Assembly: GCF_963921235.1 (NCBI RefSeq)
Contig: NC_086118.1
Location: 38,254,001-38,318,000, forward strand
DNA from: Mobula hypostoma
Taxonomy: Eukaryota
Length of the DNA: 64,000 bases
Reading direction: 5' to 3'
The notes under the pieces were generated by a model. That model searched no databases, had not been told where the DNA came from, and saw nothing but the letters and a program-made list of their open reading frames with translations. This document shows, piece after piece, positions 49,251-63,084 of this stretch (positions within the stretch are counted from its first letter, which is position 1; each line of letters opens with the position of its first letter). Both the position numbers and the translations under genes were made by a program.

Positions 49251-51794
49251 TTGCTGTGGGAGCCTGGCACCACCTCCAACTTTGCGTCACCAGCATCTAC
49301 ATGAGAGGCCAGTATCCTTGCCAATTCCTTCTTGGCTATTCACATCAGCAGCAAGGTCTGCACTGACTGAAATCCCTCCTCTTGTCTGAGCCCTGATTTG
49401 CTGTGCATGCAAGGGCCAAGTTGAAACTTGCGTCAATGTTCGCTCTGAGACCGAGATTCAGATGCGCCTGTTTACTTACTTCTGCTCTGAATCTCCTGCA
49501 CCAGAGCTGAGCCGTGTCCAACATTCCAGAGGTGGGAGTTTTTCCTGGGATCTCAAACTGGAGCGAACCAGAGTATCTGGTTTGCATTAATGATTCTGGT
49601 GTCAATCAGCTGTGAATTTGCAAGTGCAAATCTGCAGCTGCAATGCAGAAGGGGATTTACGCAGCTGGCTACATAATGAATAACCTTTCAACTATCCCAG
49701 ATTTATGAGGTTTAGCTTTTCATCTTCTGCTCTTTTGTATGTTGAAGAAACATGGTGGATTTGCATACTAATTATATGAAATTTGCAATCCTTTTGGGAG
49801 TTGGTGGAAGCTGAGCTAATTAAACACACCTATATAGTGGCTTTTTATTTCTCCCTTTCCCCTCAGCCCACCTCTCCCTATCCACCACCAAGGGCAACTT
49901 GGGTAGCTGGGCTTGATGCCCGAATGTTAAGTGCAGCTAAAATCCTTCCTGGTTGCCGACAGAGTCAAAATCGAAGTGGTGCAAAGGCAGTCAGTCAATT
50001 CCTAGAAGGTGACAGAAAAGGCCTCCTGAGTGCACTGTCAGAGTTTAGAGTTAAAGAGCGGAGTAAAAGTTCAGCACAGTCCAACGTGCTCTGGCACAGG
50101 AGCAGATGTGAGCGTAACTGAGTTCAAATGAGATCGCCTCCAATGAGGTTTTGTGTGGATTTCTCCCCCACCCCACCCAACGGTGTTGCGTATCTTGGGA
50201 GGAGGGCACCACGTGGTGAGTGGGTTGATGGTATTGCCACACACACCTGAAAGAACATTAGTATTCCTACCTTTCCTGGCAGCCTGAGCCCTAACCGCCC
50301 TTCCTCTGCCATGACGCTTTTCAAAGCATATTGCTCTGAGCAATTCCTGATTTTTCTCGATCCATTTCTGAAATGCCTGGGGAGGTTTTTTTTGCTGGGT
50401 GCAAGGTGCAAATCGCATATTGTCTCTTTTGGTCCTCATTCCTTGCCAGTGGTCAGTGGTGTGGGAGAGAAATGAGTGGGGATGGAGAAATTCTGAAATA
50501 TTGCAGACGGATAAAAAAATGCTGCAGGTTGCTTGCAATCTCCCTACGGAGGTCCTGCCTCTCTGCTGTTGCCTGGGGAGCAGCTGAAGGAAATGTCTTT
50601 CCAAATAAAGGCAGCCTCATGAGTGCAAACAGAGTTCATCTGATGATGCAAGCTAAAAATGTAAAGCTGAAGTTGTTTCTTGCTATCTGAATCTTGAGAT
50701 TAGCTATTTTTAATGTAGCCACTCCTGCCCATCTGTTAATTTCTTTGTGAATTTCATATAGTGTGTTTCTTTGAAATAAGTATTTAAAGTTTTGTTGCAG
50801 TACCACAGACCGCGAAGTTTCGTAAGTTTTATTGGTGAATTTGGGGGAACATTTAAGCACCAGGCTTCGAGTTAGCATCACCTCTGAGCGGTGACTCCTC
50901 CAATGAAAGGTGGTTACTTTTTGAGAAGTTAGTTTTCCTCAACCATGGACTCTGAATTACTAATAATGTGAAATTAGAACAGATTATAAACAATATTGCT
51001 GTCAAATGTGTGGATTAGCTTTTGAATTGTTCAAAACATCTTTCAAAACAACCAACATTCTTCCCCCTGAAAGCATACAAGCCTATCTAGTAGGTGTTCA
51101 TATTGGTAATTAGCCAATAGCTGGCTTGTTATTACTCATATCCCTTGGTAACATAGAGCCTGACACTAATTCCAGCTAGAGGTTTACACAGAACCCTACC
51201 ATCCTCCCTAGATCTTCCCACTCTATGTGAACTTCTTGCTGAATTAACATTACTGAGCCAGCTGGAATGATAAGGATAGAATATCATATCTCACTCACTA
51301 ACAGTTGAATTGAAACCACTCCCTCCCCAATTCCCACACAACTCCTGAAATTCAAAGGGACTAAAGCCTCCATTTAGTGTTGATGCAATAGAAGTTCTCA
51401 TCATGTTCTAGACTGGAGGCGACAATTTTTTTTATATTTCCTTCCGATTTATTTGCTTTATATATTTTCATTCAATACATCATCAGTCATTCCGACCCAA
51501 TGTAATCAAATTACAAGCCTAAATTGGCCTAAATTTGTCAGAGTTAATTTTCAGATTATAAGCAAGTGATTTATTTCAGACATTTCAGATTTAGATGTAC
51601 CTGACTTTAAAAAGGAAAGTCCGTTAATGTGCAGCCAAGCACATCAACATAGCTTGCTGTCATGCCTGCTGGTGACTGACTAGATGTGGAGGTTGTGTTG
51701 TCTGAACAATTAGGGCTGTAGACCTCAGGCCTCAGGCCTCTGTCCACCAAAGGGAACACGACAATATCCAATGTTATTTTACTATGTAGTATCT

Positions 51795-52437
51795 TAAACT
51801 TCTATTGATGTGTGGCGGAGAGTATGTTGACTGGCTGCATCACTGTCTGATCTGAAAGCACCAAAGCCCTTGAACAGAAAATCTTACAAAAGTAGTGGAT
51901 ACCGCCCAATCCACCACGGGTAAACCCGTCCCCCTCCATTGAGCACACCAACACAGAGGAGTGTTGCTGCAGGAAAGTTACCTCTATTATCAGGGAGCCC
52001 CGTCATCCAGGTCAAGCTCTCTTCTCGCTGCTGCCATCAGGGAGAAGGTACAGGAGCCTCAGGGCTCAAACCACCAGGTTCAGGAACAGTTATTACCCCT
52101 CAGCCATCAGGCTCTTGAACTAAAGGGGATAACTTCACTCCCCCCATCACTGAACTGCTCCCACAGCTTATGGACTCACTTTCAAGGACTTTTCATCTCA
52201 TGTTCTCAATACTTATTGCTTATTTATTTGTTATTTTTATTATATCTCTTTTCCCCTTTCTTTTTGCATTGGCATAGCTTGTCCTTCGCACACTGGTTGT
52301 CCGTCCTGTCCATGCAGTCTTTCATTGATTCTATTATGACTATTGGATTTATCGAGTATGCCCACAAGAAAAGTAATCTCAGAGTTGTATATAGTGACAT
52401 ATATACACTTTGAAAATACATTTACATTGAACTTTAA
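51795..52437 (+). mobile_element. Rex1-like LINE 3' end
   Basis: gagagtatgttgactggctgcatcactgtctg, ctgccatcagggagaaggtacaggagcct, and a ttgaacttt tail. Confidence 0.8.
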
Positions 52438-52889
52438 ACTGTTCAGCAGAATTTTACTATGACCTGACTTTCACAGCTCAGTTTTAAATCAAGGCTTCAT
52501 CCCAGTGACTAATTTAGTCTAGTTGTTTATTCTGTCCCGCTAGAAGTGTGCAATATAAACAACTAACAGAATTAGGATTCTGGCACCGCACACCCTTTGC
52601 TTGGATTCTTTCTGAAAACCTTTTACTTTGTCCTTACGTCCGTATACGGAGCTGCAGTGTTGCCACTGACTCTCAGCAAAATCACATCCTCCCTTGAAAA
52701 TGGAACTTTACTTTTCTAGTGCTGGTGGTAAATAACTCTGAGTAATAATCTTGCTCAATTCCTGGATTTCACATGCCGGTAAGAGGATAACTGCCTGTTC
52801 AAAGTGCCCATGGCAATATTAATTATGTTGAGGTAGCCCATTGCAGAAAGCATGCACGGCTTGCAAGATGATTTTTTAAAATGATTGTA

Positions 52890-53369
52890 CAGTACTGCAC
52901 AAAGGTCTTAGACACATATATGTATATACAGTATACATAGCTAGGGTCCTAAAACCTTTGCACAGTACTGTAGTGATTATATGCATTTCAGTGTACAGCT
53001 GCCACAAAAAACTTATGATATTTGAATGATGACAAACCTGATTCTGAAATTGGATTCTGTTGTGGACTGAGGGTGGGAAGGGAGCAGAGGAAGCATAATC
53101 ATGGTTGGGAAAAGGGGAAGGGAGAGCGGAGCGAGTGGCAAGCCCCAGAGAGACATTCAATAAACCAATTGTTTGGAATCAAATGACCTTGCCTGGTGTC
53201 TCAGGGCTGGGTGTGTCTGCACCCGTGCCAACCTCCGCCCCTGGCATTCCTCTGCAACCTATCCCACACCATTCCTGCAATACTCCACCCTCGCCATTCC
53301 CAGCAAATTTACAAACTCGTTCTCTGCTCCACAGTTACAGATATAGTTCTGTGCATAAGCTTTAGGCGC

Positions 53370-53402
<33 letters not shown>

Positions 53403-53442
53403 ATATATATATATATGTGCCCAAAACTTTTGCACCGTAGTG
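52890..53442. mobile_element. Composite MITE bounded by two palindromic mini-elements, copy 2 (contains (TATC)n(TA)n)
   Basis: End units at 52890-52970 and 53344-53442, TA flanks, interior homologous to copy 1. Confidence 0.8.
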
Positions 53443-53790
53443 TAGCTTGAAGCTGTGCCATTGCTGAAATCTTACTTTCAAAGATGGTTTAACATTAATT
53501 ATCACTCATGTCTCATCCCCATTCCGACTTTCTCGTCATCATCCTCATTCAGCCCCTCTGCTCATTGCTCATTCATTACCCATCAGCCCCTGCTGACTTT
53601 CTGCCCATTTGCCACTCATCTTTCTTTATTCATGTTCAAGATCCAGACATCACGGGCAAGGCCAGTATTTACGGCCAATCCCTTATTGCCTTTGAGAAGG
53701 GCCAGGCGAACGTCTCCTCGAATCATTGTGGTCCCACTGGTGAAGTCTTCACAGTGCTGCTGGGGAGGGAGAGCAAAGACAATGACGGAC

Positions 53791-54900
53791 TAGAATCAGA
53801 ATCCGGTTTAATGTCTCCTGCATATGTCGTGAAATTTGCTAACTTAGCAGCAGCAGTACCATGCAATGCATGATAATATAGAGAAAAATAAATAAAAATT
53901 AAAAATAAAAAAGTGAATCAATTATATTAAATAGCTAAATTACAAAATAGTGCAACAACAGAAGTAATAAAAAAACAAAAATTAAGTGAGGTAATGTTCA
54001 TGGGTGTAATGTCCATTTAGGAATCGTATGGCAGATATGTATTGCTGAGTGTGTGCCACCAGGCTTCTGTACCTCCTTACTGATGGTAACAATGAGAAGA
54101 AAGCATAAACTGGGTGATGGCGGTCCTTAATAATGGACGCCATCTTTCTGAGTAACTGATCCTTGAAGATGTCTTCGATACTATGGAGGCTAGTACCCAA
54201 AATGGAGCTGACTAATTTTACAACTTTCTGTAGCTTCTTTTAATCCTGTACAGTTTGCCCTCCCCCATACCAGATGGTGAGGCAGCCTGACAGAGTGCGC
54301 TGTACAGTACATCTGTAGAATACTTCGAGTATTTTAGGTGACAAACCAGATCTACTCAAACTCCTAATGAAGTATAGCCACCGTCTTACCTTATTTATAG
54401 CTGCATCGATATGTTGGGACCAGGTTAGATCTTAACCCCCAGAAACTTGAAATTGCTCACTCTCTTCACTTCTGATCCCTCTATAAGGGTTGGTTCGTGT
54501 TCCCTTGTCCCACCCTTCCTGAAGTCTACAATCAGCTCTTTCATCTTACTGACACTGAGTGCAAGGTTGTTGCTGCTACACCACTCAACTAATTTGTACA
54601 TCTCGCTCCTATACGCCCTCTTGTCTCCATCTGAGACTCTACCAACAATGGTTGCATCATCGGCAAATTTATAGATGGCATTTGAGCCACGCAGCCATTG
54701 GTATGGAAAGAGTAGAACGGTGGGCCAAGCACACATCCCTGAGATGAGCTAACGTCGATTGTCAGCGAGGAGGAGATATTATTACCAATCCACACAGATT
54801 GTGGTCTTCCGGTTAGGAAGTCAAGGATCCAATTGCAGAGGGAGGTATAGAGGCCTAGGTTCTGTAGTCTTCAGGACTGTGGGAATAATGGTGTTAAATG
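53791..54900 (-). mobile_element. Rex1/Babar-like LINE RT and 3' UTR
   Basis: [36 protein letters not shown], with a gattctgattct tail. Confidence 0.88.
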
Positions 54901-54904
54901 CAGA

Positions 54905-55545
54905 CCAGTGATATATTTCCAAGTTAAGACCATGGATGACTTGGAGAGATATCTGTCGTTGATAATATTCTCATGCAACCGAAGACCTTGCCCTTTTTTT
55001 GTGGTAGGGATTGTGGATTCAGGAGATGCTGTTGTGGTACTGCAGGTGAGTAACATTTTGTGTGTCAGACACACTGAGTCATGGTGTATCACTGCTGAAG
55101 GTGTTGAACATTTAGGATGGTGGACAGGATACCAATTAATTGAGGTGCTTTGTCCCGGATGCTGCGGACTGTCTTGATGTTGTTGTCAAGGCACAATTCC
55201 AGCCAAGTGAAGAGTAATCCATCACACTCTGAATGGAGGCCTTGTAGACAGTGGATAGGCCTTGGGGTGTCAGGGGTGAATTACTCACAGGGGGATACAC
55301 AACATCCCCTGACCTAATTTTTTAGCTGTGGTGCCCCGAGAATGTTGATGGTGGAGGACTTAGTATGGGAATGTCCATGAACATCAAGGAATGGGAAATT
55401 TCTTGCTGGACATGACCATTGTTTGATATATTTAAGGCATATCTGTCACTTGCCATATCAGCCCAGGCTTGAACGTTACCTGGTTCTTGCTGTTGCTTCG
55501 TTTGCTGAGGAGTTATGAATTGTGGAAGTGTGCAGGTATCAACAG
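54905..55545 (-). mobile_element. Old CR1/L2-group LINE fragment
   Basis: Decayed homolog of 33530-34200 (gccttgtag..gtgga.aggc, tccc.ga.aatgttgatggtgg). Confidence 0.6.
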
Positions 55546-56044
55546 ACATTCCACATTCACCCTACTTCCCAACCATCGTCAATTCAACCTCTCCCATTCG
55601 TCCATCACCATTAGTTTCATATCCCCCACCATTACTCCACCTCCTTCTCATAGACAGCCAGATCACCATTGTCTCCTCTACCCCCACCTCTTTCCAATTA
55701 GACCTTTGTCTGCCAATGTTTCCCTTCCTACCTCCAGAACAACACTGAGGCAATTACACCAACAATATTTTCAGTGGTGAACCACCTGCTATAGTCCAAA
55801 GTACTCTGGCACGGAACTGATATTGTTCTTGCAAGCACTGTTCTTGCGCTCACAGCCATCGCCCAGACCCAGTAGTGAATCAGTGCACCTGAACTCCTGT
55901 CCCTTTCTATAGCTTATCCAAAGGAGGTTTGCTGCATTTGTTTAAAAGAAAATGTTATATACTTGCTGGAAATGGCTGGAAATCTGTGCATTGTAAAAAT
56001 GGAGAGCACTGCCTGCCACTGCTGTTATTAATGGATGTTATTTG

Positions 56045-56250
56045 TTTACTTATTTATTGACTTAGAGATACAACTTGTTGTCGCCCATTCTGACCCAACG
56101 AGCCTGTGCACGCATGTGAGTAATTAACCTACTAACCTGTACGTCTTTGGAATGTGGGAGGAAACTAGGGCACCCAGAAGAAACCCACGTAGTCACGGGG
56201 AGAAGGTACACACAGCAGTGGAATTGAACCTGGATTGCTGATGATGTAAT
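56045..56250 (-). mobile_element. HE1/V-SINE-like element
   Basis: gtacgtctttggaatgtgggaggaaactagggcacccagaagaaacccacgtagtcacggggaga. Confidence 0.75.
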
Positions 56251-57289
56251 GTTTGTAGGGGAATTGGATGTCTGGCCAAGCTCTGACTGGTTTGACAGTG
56301 CTGACCTGTAGGGGCAAGACTTTCAGCGGGCATTGAGCATGAGTGACAGAGGAATTTTTAGATAGCCGAAAAAAACCCAAAATGGGAAGATATTATTTGA
56401 GATTGATACAAACATGAAACACCCATAACACAGCCACAGAATGCCAGACGTTAGTCATTCTCGGCTCTGGAATCCAAGACTCAGACTTTCAGGTGAAGCT
56501 CTTCCCATACAAGCCAGTCTCCAGGCACCAAAACCTTACCTCCCTCCACCCATTGACCAGTGTCAGGTACAGCACCCACCATTCTTGGCCCTGACCTCCT
56601 ATACATTGCCCTTTACTCAGGTCCTAACAGAAGCGGCATCACCATTCCCAGAAGCCCAGCGTGTGAATGGGCCTCAGACCACCACATCCCCTTCAGCCCG
56701 CTATTGCAGCAGGCTTTGGTTTGAGATATGTCCCCTATCCTTTGCACTCAAATGCTCGTGAAAGAACCCGCCTTTCAGCCAGCAATAACTTCCAGAATGT
56801 TTACCAAAGAAAGATCCATGGTACATTTGCTGCCCTCTTCAACTGACTGACAAGATTTTGTTTCCACAGCTCCTGCAGTGGTGTCTCCTAGTGCAAATTG
56901 CGCCCAGGCCATATCTGTGGGGCCAGTAAAAGCTGACAGTGAACATGATATACGTCCTTAAATCCAGCTGAGTGACAAGATGTCAGGACGAAACTAAACA
57001 CATTATCTCCCAAAATTGTCTATTGCTTGATTCAGTTTGAAGCTATCTCAACCAAACACACAACTGACCCTGAAGTTGGTCGGAGTCAAAAATCAAAATC
57101 AAATTAACTATCATACGCGCAAGTACTTTAATGCACAGGTGCAATGAAAAACAGTGCAGCAGCATCCGAGGCATATAGTATCAAGGACACAACATCCACA
57201 AGAAAATCATAAATTGGGTATATAAATTATATAAAATTATACAAGAAGAAACTCAATTAGAACAAAAATAATACAAAATCTATTTTTAA

Positions 57290-57587
57290 GTGTGGCCAAG
57301 TGGTTAAGGTGTTCGTCTAGCGATGTGAAGGTCGGTAGTTCGAGCCTTGGCTGAGGTGGCGTGTGTGTCCTTGAGCAAGACACTTAACCACACATTGCTC
57401 TGCGACGACACTGGTGCCAAGCTGTGTGGGTCCTAATGCCCTTCCCTTGGACAACATCGGTGGCATGGAGAGGGGACACTTGCAGCATGGGCAACTGCCG
57501 GTCTTCCATACAACCTTGCCCAGGCCTGCGCCCTGGAAACTTTTCAAGGCGCAAATCCATGGTCTCATGAGACTAACAGATGCCTAT
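57290..57587 (+). mobile_element. tRNA-CORE SINE with RTE-like tail, copy D, inside an old Rex1-like tail (~57085-57880, -)
   Basis: Homologous to copies A-C. Confidence 0.88.
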
Positions 57588-57965
57588 AAATTGTTAAGCA
57601 AAATAGTCATAGTGTAGCTTGTACTGAGGTAGTAATTAGGGCTCTAAGTTAAGTTATGATATGAATGGTTGAAGGGAAGTAAGTGTTCTTGAACTTTGTG
57701 GTGAAGGTTTCTGCCTGATGGTCACTGTGAGAAGATAGCATGGCTCAGATGATGGGATTTTTGCTGATGAATATTACCTCCTTGAATGCTTGCTGTAGGT
57801 ACTTTTGATAAGGCAGAGGGGTACGCCAGTGATGTATTGGATTGAGTCTATTAGTCCCTGCAGCTTCTTATGTTCTGTATCAGACTAGCATGGCCCTAAC
57901 GCAGCTATAGAGTGAACAGCTTTGCTATTCAGAGTAGGGAACTGGACCGAGGCAAGTTGTGCTCC

Positions 57966-58038
57966 TTGTGCTCATTCATCAGGTTCTAGGACATCAGATT
58001 TGTGCTCATTCATCAGGTTGTAGGACATCTAGGACATC
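57966..58038. repeat. Local tandem duplication (34-bp unit x2 plus 9-bp taggacatc)
   Basis: ttgtgctcattcatcaggtt(c/g)taggacatc is repeated. Confidence 0.85.
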
Positions 58039-58797
58039 AGGTGATGTAGAGACTCAATATACAAGGCACAGAGAAGTTGGAACCCATTTTGTGAGAGACC
58101 AGCCTGAGGTCCAACTGATATATTTAAGCATCATCTCAGTCAACGACAGCCGGAAGGCCAGTGTTTAAAAACCACTGAGACAGCGTGTCCCTTCTTCCAC
58201 TGAATTATATCTGTTGCTAAGGGTAAGATTTCAGTCAGGTTAAATCCATACCTCTTGCTTGAGATAAGGGAAGCCCTCAGGAAACTTGTCGCAATTCTGA
58301 GCAAAAGAGGCAACAAATGGCTTGGAGATTCCAGGGATTAATCCCAGGCCTCATACCTGAGCTACATTCCCAGTTCACAGTGAATTGTAATTTAGAAGTA
58401 AACAAGCATGCCTTCTGCTCTATCCCTCCCGGCTAACCAGCTGCTCACCTGTCCCATGTGTCACTAATTGTCAAGCAATTACCCTCTGGGGATGTATCCT
58501 GGTGGCGGGGTTGTGCTTTGCATTTATGAGGCCTGTGATCAAATTTTGGCATCTCCAAATAGGTTTGTAGGCAGTTTCAGTATCATTGTTGGAAGGTCGT
58601 CTTTAATTTCCAGACACACAACTGGACAGCAAAATGCTCACCATTTCCAAACAATCAAGTGTTCCTGTACTGGTGGTGGATTTCCAAAGATAATCCACCA
58701 GTCCATTCTTAAAAGGGATCAGTAAAGAAAGAAAGGTTGCAAACTGCAAACCAGGGTACTTGCACAGAAGTGTCCGGAGTTAGGTTTTGAACTGACA

Positions 58798-59332
58798 TCA
58801 TAAGACCATAAGACATTAGCACAGAATTAGACCATACAGCCCGTCAAGTCTGCTCTGCCATTCAATCATAGCTGATTTATTATCCCTCTCAACCTCATTC
58901 AACTACCTTCTTCCAGTAACCTTTGACACCCTTACTAATCAATAACCCCTCAACCTCTGCTTTAAATATACCCAATGTCTTGGCCTCCACAGCCATCAGT
59001 GGCAATAAATTCCACAGATTCTCCACCCTCTGGCTAAAGAAATTCCACCTCATCTCTGTTCTAAAGAGATGTCCTTGTATTCTGAGGCTGTACCCTTTGG
59101 TTCCAGACTCCCCCACTATAGGAAATATCCTCTCCAAGTCCACTCTATCTGGGCCTTTCAATACTCAATAGATTTCAGTGAGATTCCACTCCCCCACCCC
59201 CCATTCTTTTAAGCCTAGAGCCATGGAAGGCTCCTCAAATGTTAACTCTTTCATTCCTGGGATCATTCTCGTGAACCTCCTCCTCCTCTGGACCCACTCC
59301 AAAGTCAGAAATCCTTTCTTAAATAAGGGCTC
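58798..59332 (-). mobile_element. CR1 LINE 3' end
   Basis: KGYSLRIQGHLFRTEMRWNFFSQRVENLWN, with a tcttatg tail. Confidence 0.85.
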
Positions 59333-59499
59333 ACAGACAAGAGTGCTACCACAGCCAATATTTACTCTACTCGTATCGGAAATAAATCGTAATACACCAA
59401 AGCTTTTGAAAACTATTAGTCACCTCCTCTGCCATGCTGGCCTGGCATGTGATGTAAAAACCGTATTTCTAGGTAATTCATTGCGTCCAGGAGCTGAAC

Positions 59500-59830
59500 G
59501 TGGCACCATCTGCCAAAAGCTGAACCTCCCGGTGGCCAAACGTTTCAGTTCATTGCCGTTCTCATTCCATGGCCTCCTCTTAGGCCAAGATGAGGCCACC
59601 CTCAGAGTGGAGGAGCAACACCTTATATTCTGTCTGGGTAGTCTCCCACCCGATGGCATGAATATTGATTTTGCCTTCTGATTAAAAAATATTCCCTCCC
59701 TCTCCCCTCTGCTTCTATTCAACTCTCTGGTCTCTTACTACTTCTGGCCTATCACCTCCTCATGGATCCCCTCCTCCTTCCTTTTCTCCAATGGTCCACT
59801 CTCCTCTCCTATTGGAATCCTTCCTCCCCA
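59500..59830 (+). mobile_element. Penelope-like GIY-YIG C-terminus and 3' UTR; continues at ~61660-61905 after a CR1 insertion
   Basis: LPVAKRF..DEATLRVEEQHLIFCLGSLPPDGMNIDF, with the pseudo-LTR at ~61770-61905. Confidence 0.8.
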
Positions 59831-61660
59831 GGCCTTTGACAAGGTGCCACACATGAGGCTGCTTAACAAGCTACGAGCCCATGGCATTACAGGATTCCAG
59901 CACGGATAAAGCAGTGGCTGAATGGCAGGAGGCGAAGAGTGGGAATAAAGGGAACTTTTTCTGGTCAGCTGCCGGTGACTAGTGGTGTTCCACAGGGGTC
60001 TGTGGTGGGATTGATTCTTTTTGGCTTATATGTCAATGACTTGGATGATGGAATTGATGGCTTTGTTGCCAAGTTTGCAGACAATACAAGGATCGGTCCA
60101 GGAGTAGATAGTTTTGAGAAGTAGAAGCTACAGAAGGACTTAGACAGATTAGGAGAACGGGCAAAGAGGTGGCAGATGGAATATGGTGATGGGAAGTATA
60201 TGGTCATGCACTCTGGTAGAAGATGTGAAAGGCAAGACTATTTTCTGAATGGAGAGAAAATACAAAAATCTGAGGCACAAAGGGACTTGGGAGTCCTTGT
60301 GCAGGTTTCTTAAAGGTTAATTTGCAGGTAGAGTTGGTGGTGAGGAAGGCAAATGCAATGATTAGATTAGATTATGAGGACACGCAGTCCTCTCTTATTG
60401 TCATTTAGTAATGCATGCATTAAGAAATGATACAATGTTCCTCCAGAATGATATCACAGAAACACAAGACAAACCAATACTAAAAAAACTGACAAAAACC
60501 ACATAATTATAACATATAGTTACAACAGTGCAGAGCAATACTGTAATTTGATAAAGAACAGACCATGGGCACAGTAAAAAAAAGTCTCAAAATCTCTTGA
60601 AAGTCCCATCATCTCACGCAGACGGTAGAAGGAAGAGAAACTCTCTTCCTGCCATGAACCTCCAGCGCCGCCAATTTGCCAATGCAGCACCCTGGAAGCA
60701 CCCGACCACAGCCGACAATTGAGTACGTCCGAAAACTTCGAGCCTCCGACCAGCCCTCCAACACCGAGCACCATCTTTGCCGAGCGCTTTGACCCCGGCC
60801 CCAGCAACAGGCAATAGGCAAAGCCGAGGATTCGGGGCTTCCCCTCCGGAGATTCTCGATCGCACAGTAGCAACGGCATCGAAGCAGGCATTTCAGAAGT
60901 TTCTCCAGATGTTCCTCTGTGCTTCTCACGTCTGTCTCCATCAAATCAGGATTGTGCACGGTACCTACTTAACAAATACGATATCATTTTGGAGCAGCTG
61001 CGCGTGCTGCGTCACACTACCGTCTTCTCCTCCCCACCTCAATGTTAGCATTCATTTCAAGAGAACATGAATATAAAAGCAAGGATGTAATGTTGAGGCT
61101 TTATAAAGTACCGGTTAGGCCTCACTTGAGATATTGTGAACTGTTTTGGGCCCCTTATCTTAGAAAGGATGTGTTGACACTGGAGAGGGTGCAAAGGAAG
61201 TTCACAAAAATGATTCCAGGATTGAATGACTTGTCATATGAAGAGCATTTGATGGCTCTGGGGCTGTATTGACTGGAATTCAGAAGAATGAAGGGTAACC
61301 TTATTGAAACTTATTGAATGTTGAAAGGACTTGATAGAGTGGATGTGGAGAGCCTAGGACCAGAGGACAGAGCCTCAAAATAGAGGGGCGTCCTTTTTGA
61401 ATGGAGATGTGGAGGCTTTTCTTTAGCCAGAGAGTGGTGTATCTGTGGTATTCATTGCCACATGTGGCTATGGAGGCCAGGTCCTTATGTTTATTTAAGG
61501 CAGAAGTTGATAGATTCTTGATGGGTCAGGGCATGAAGGGATGTGGTTAGAAGGCAGGAGATTGGGGCAGAGAAGGAAAATGGATCAGCCTTGATGAAAT
61601 GGCAGAGCAGACCTGATGGGCCAAATGGCCTAATTCTGCTCCTATATTGTACAGTCTTAT
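59830..61660 (+). mobile_element. CR1 LINE RT and 3' end, interrupted by the 680-bp element
   Basis: AFDKVPH, SGVPQGSVVG, VAKFADNT, RPHLRYC. Confidence 0.9.
60361..61039 (-). mobile_element. ~680-bp non-autonomous retroelement, copy 3
   Basis: Clean insertion in CR1 with a 5-bp TSD caatg (60356-60360 / 61040-61044) and an (aatct)n tail. Confidence 0.92.
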
Positions 61661-63084
61661 CGCCTTTATCTTTCCTTTCCTCCTGGCTTCTCCTATCACC
61701 TTCTAGCTATCCTCCTTCCCCTGCCCCCCCCCCACCTTTTTATTTTGGTGTTTCCTCCCTTCCTTTCGAATCTTGAAGATGCGTCTCAGACCAAATTGTC
61801 AAATGCTTATTCATTTCCATAGATGCTGCCTGACTTGCTGAGTTCCTGTGTTTCTCTACATGTGCTGTCTTAGTTTTCCAGCATCTGCAGTATTTCTTGT
61901 GTTTAGCAGAAGAGCTCAATGTGAATCATTAGCTTTCATCTACAAATTGCATAGGTAGCTAGTAATCTACAAAAAAGATGTAGTGCCAGGAGAGAAGAGA
62001 ACTATTTTGAGAAACATTACAGCACCCTACATTGCTGTCCCATCTTACACGCCAACAGCTTACATACGCAGGGAAGGTAGTGCAAGAATTTGCAGGGAGA
62101 TGTCCGACGTTAAGTAGCTACCAGGCTGCCATGATCATTCACTCATTCATCATCTGCAGTGCTCAATGTGTCAGGCTTTGCTTTGAACTTTCAATTATTT
62201 ACAAGGTGCTCCTGTCTTCTGCCTGCAAAAGGCCAATTAATCACAAGCATGCCTGGCCTTGGAATTCTGCACAACTTCTTTGCAAGCACTAGTAAACAAG
62301 GGGCTTGGAGGACACTCGGCCAATGACTCATTCTAACATTCATACACTACAATCAATAAAAAGAGACTGGAGAGGGGAGATGAGAAGATTTACTTAATTC
62401 TGCAGGTTGTTATGATCCAGAATGCATAGATTGAAAAGGAGGGAGAAACAAATTTGGGTGTAATGTTAATAAAGGAATTGAGTATTTATTTGAAAGCAGC
62501 AGAGATTTTCATTCGTTTAGCAACTTTGATGTCACTGGGCATCCCTTGGTTCTTCAAAGGAGCAAAAGTTGATTCCAAGCCACACCAGGAAGTGACTCAA
62601 AACTTGGACAATGTTGGGAAGGAAGGTAGACGAACAGAGATTTAGGAAGGAAATACCAGAATTTATAATCTTTTGATGATCTTCAAATGTTACCACTCCA
62701 ACATTAGCAGCTATGCTCCAAGCCTTGACTACTGATGACAGAGCAATTAAACCTTGTGTATGATTAAAACGTCATAACGTAGTGTAAAGGTGTAGAGCTG
62801 AGAAGTTAATGTTGTCACCAGTTTTGTCAAACTAACTCCCTTCATATTTCTCGCACTATGTTCTCCATACAACATTGCACCAGTTCTATTAGTACAATGT
62901 ACCAAGCCCTTGTCTCTGATTCTTCCACACAGAATCAAATATACACTGCACTTTCTACCTGAATTCTCATGCGTTTATGATCCATCTCTGCCCATGTACC
63001 ATCTTCTCCCTTTGGCCTCATTTGAAGTCTCCTCCTCTCCTTGCATGCACTGATGTACTTGTTCTGACATTTCAGATCCTGGTA

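Noticed and set aside
57966-58038. CRISPR-like repeats
   Set aside because: Only two adjacent units with no unique spacers, in a vertebrate context with no cas genes.
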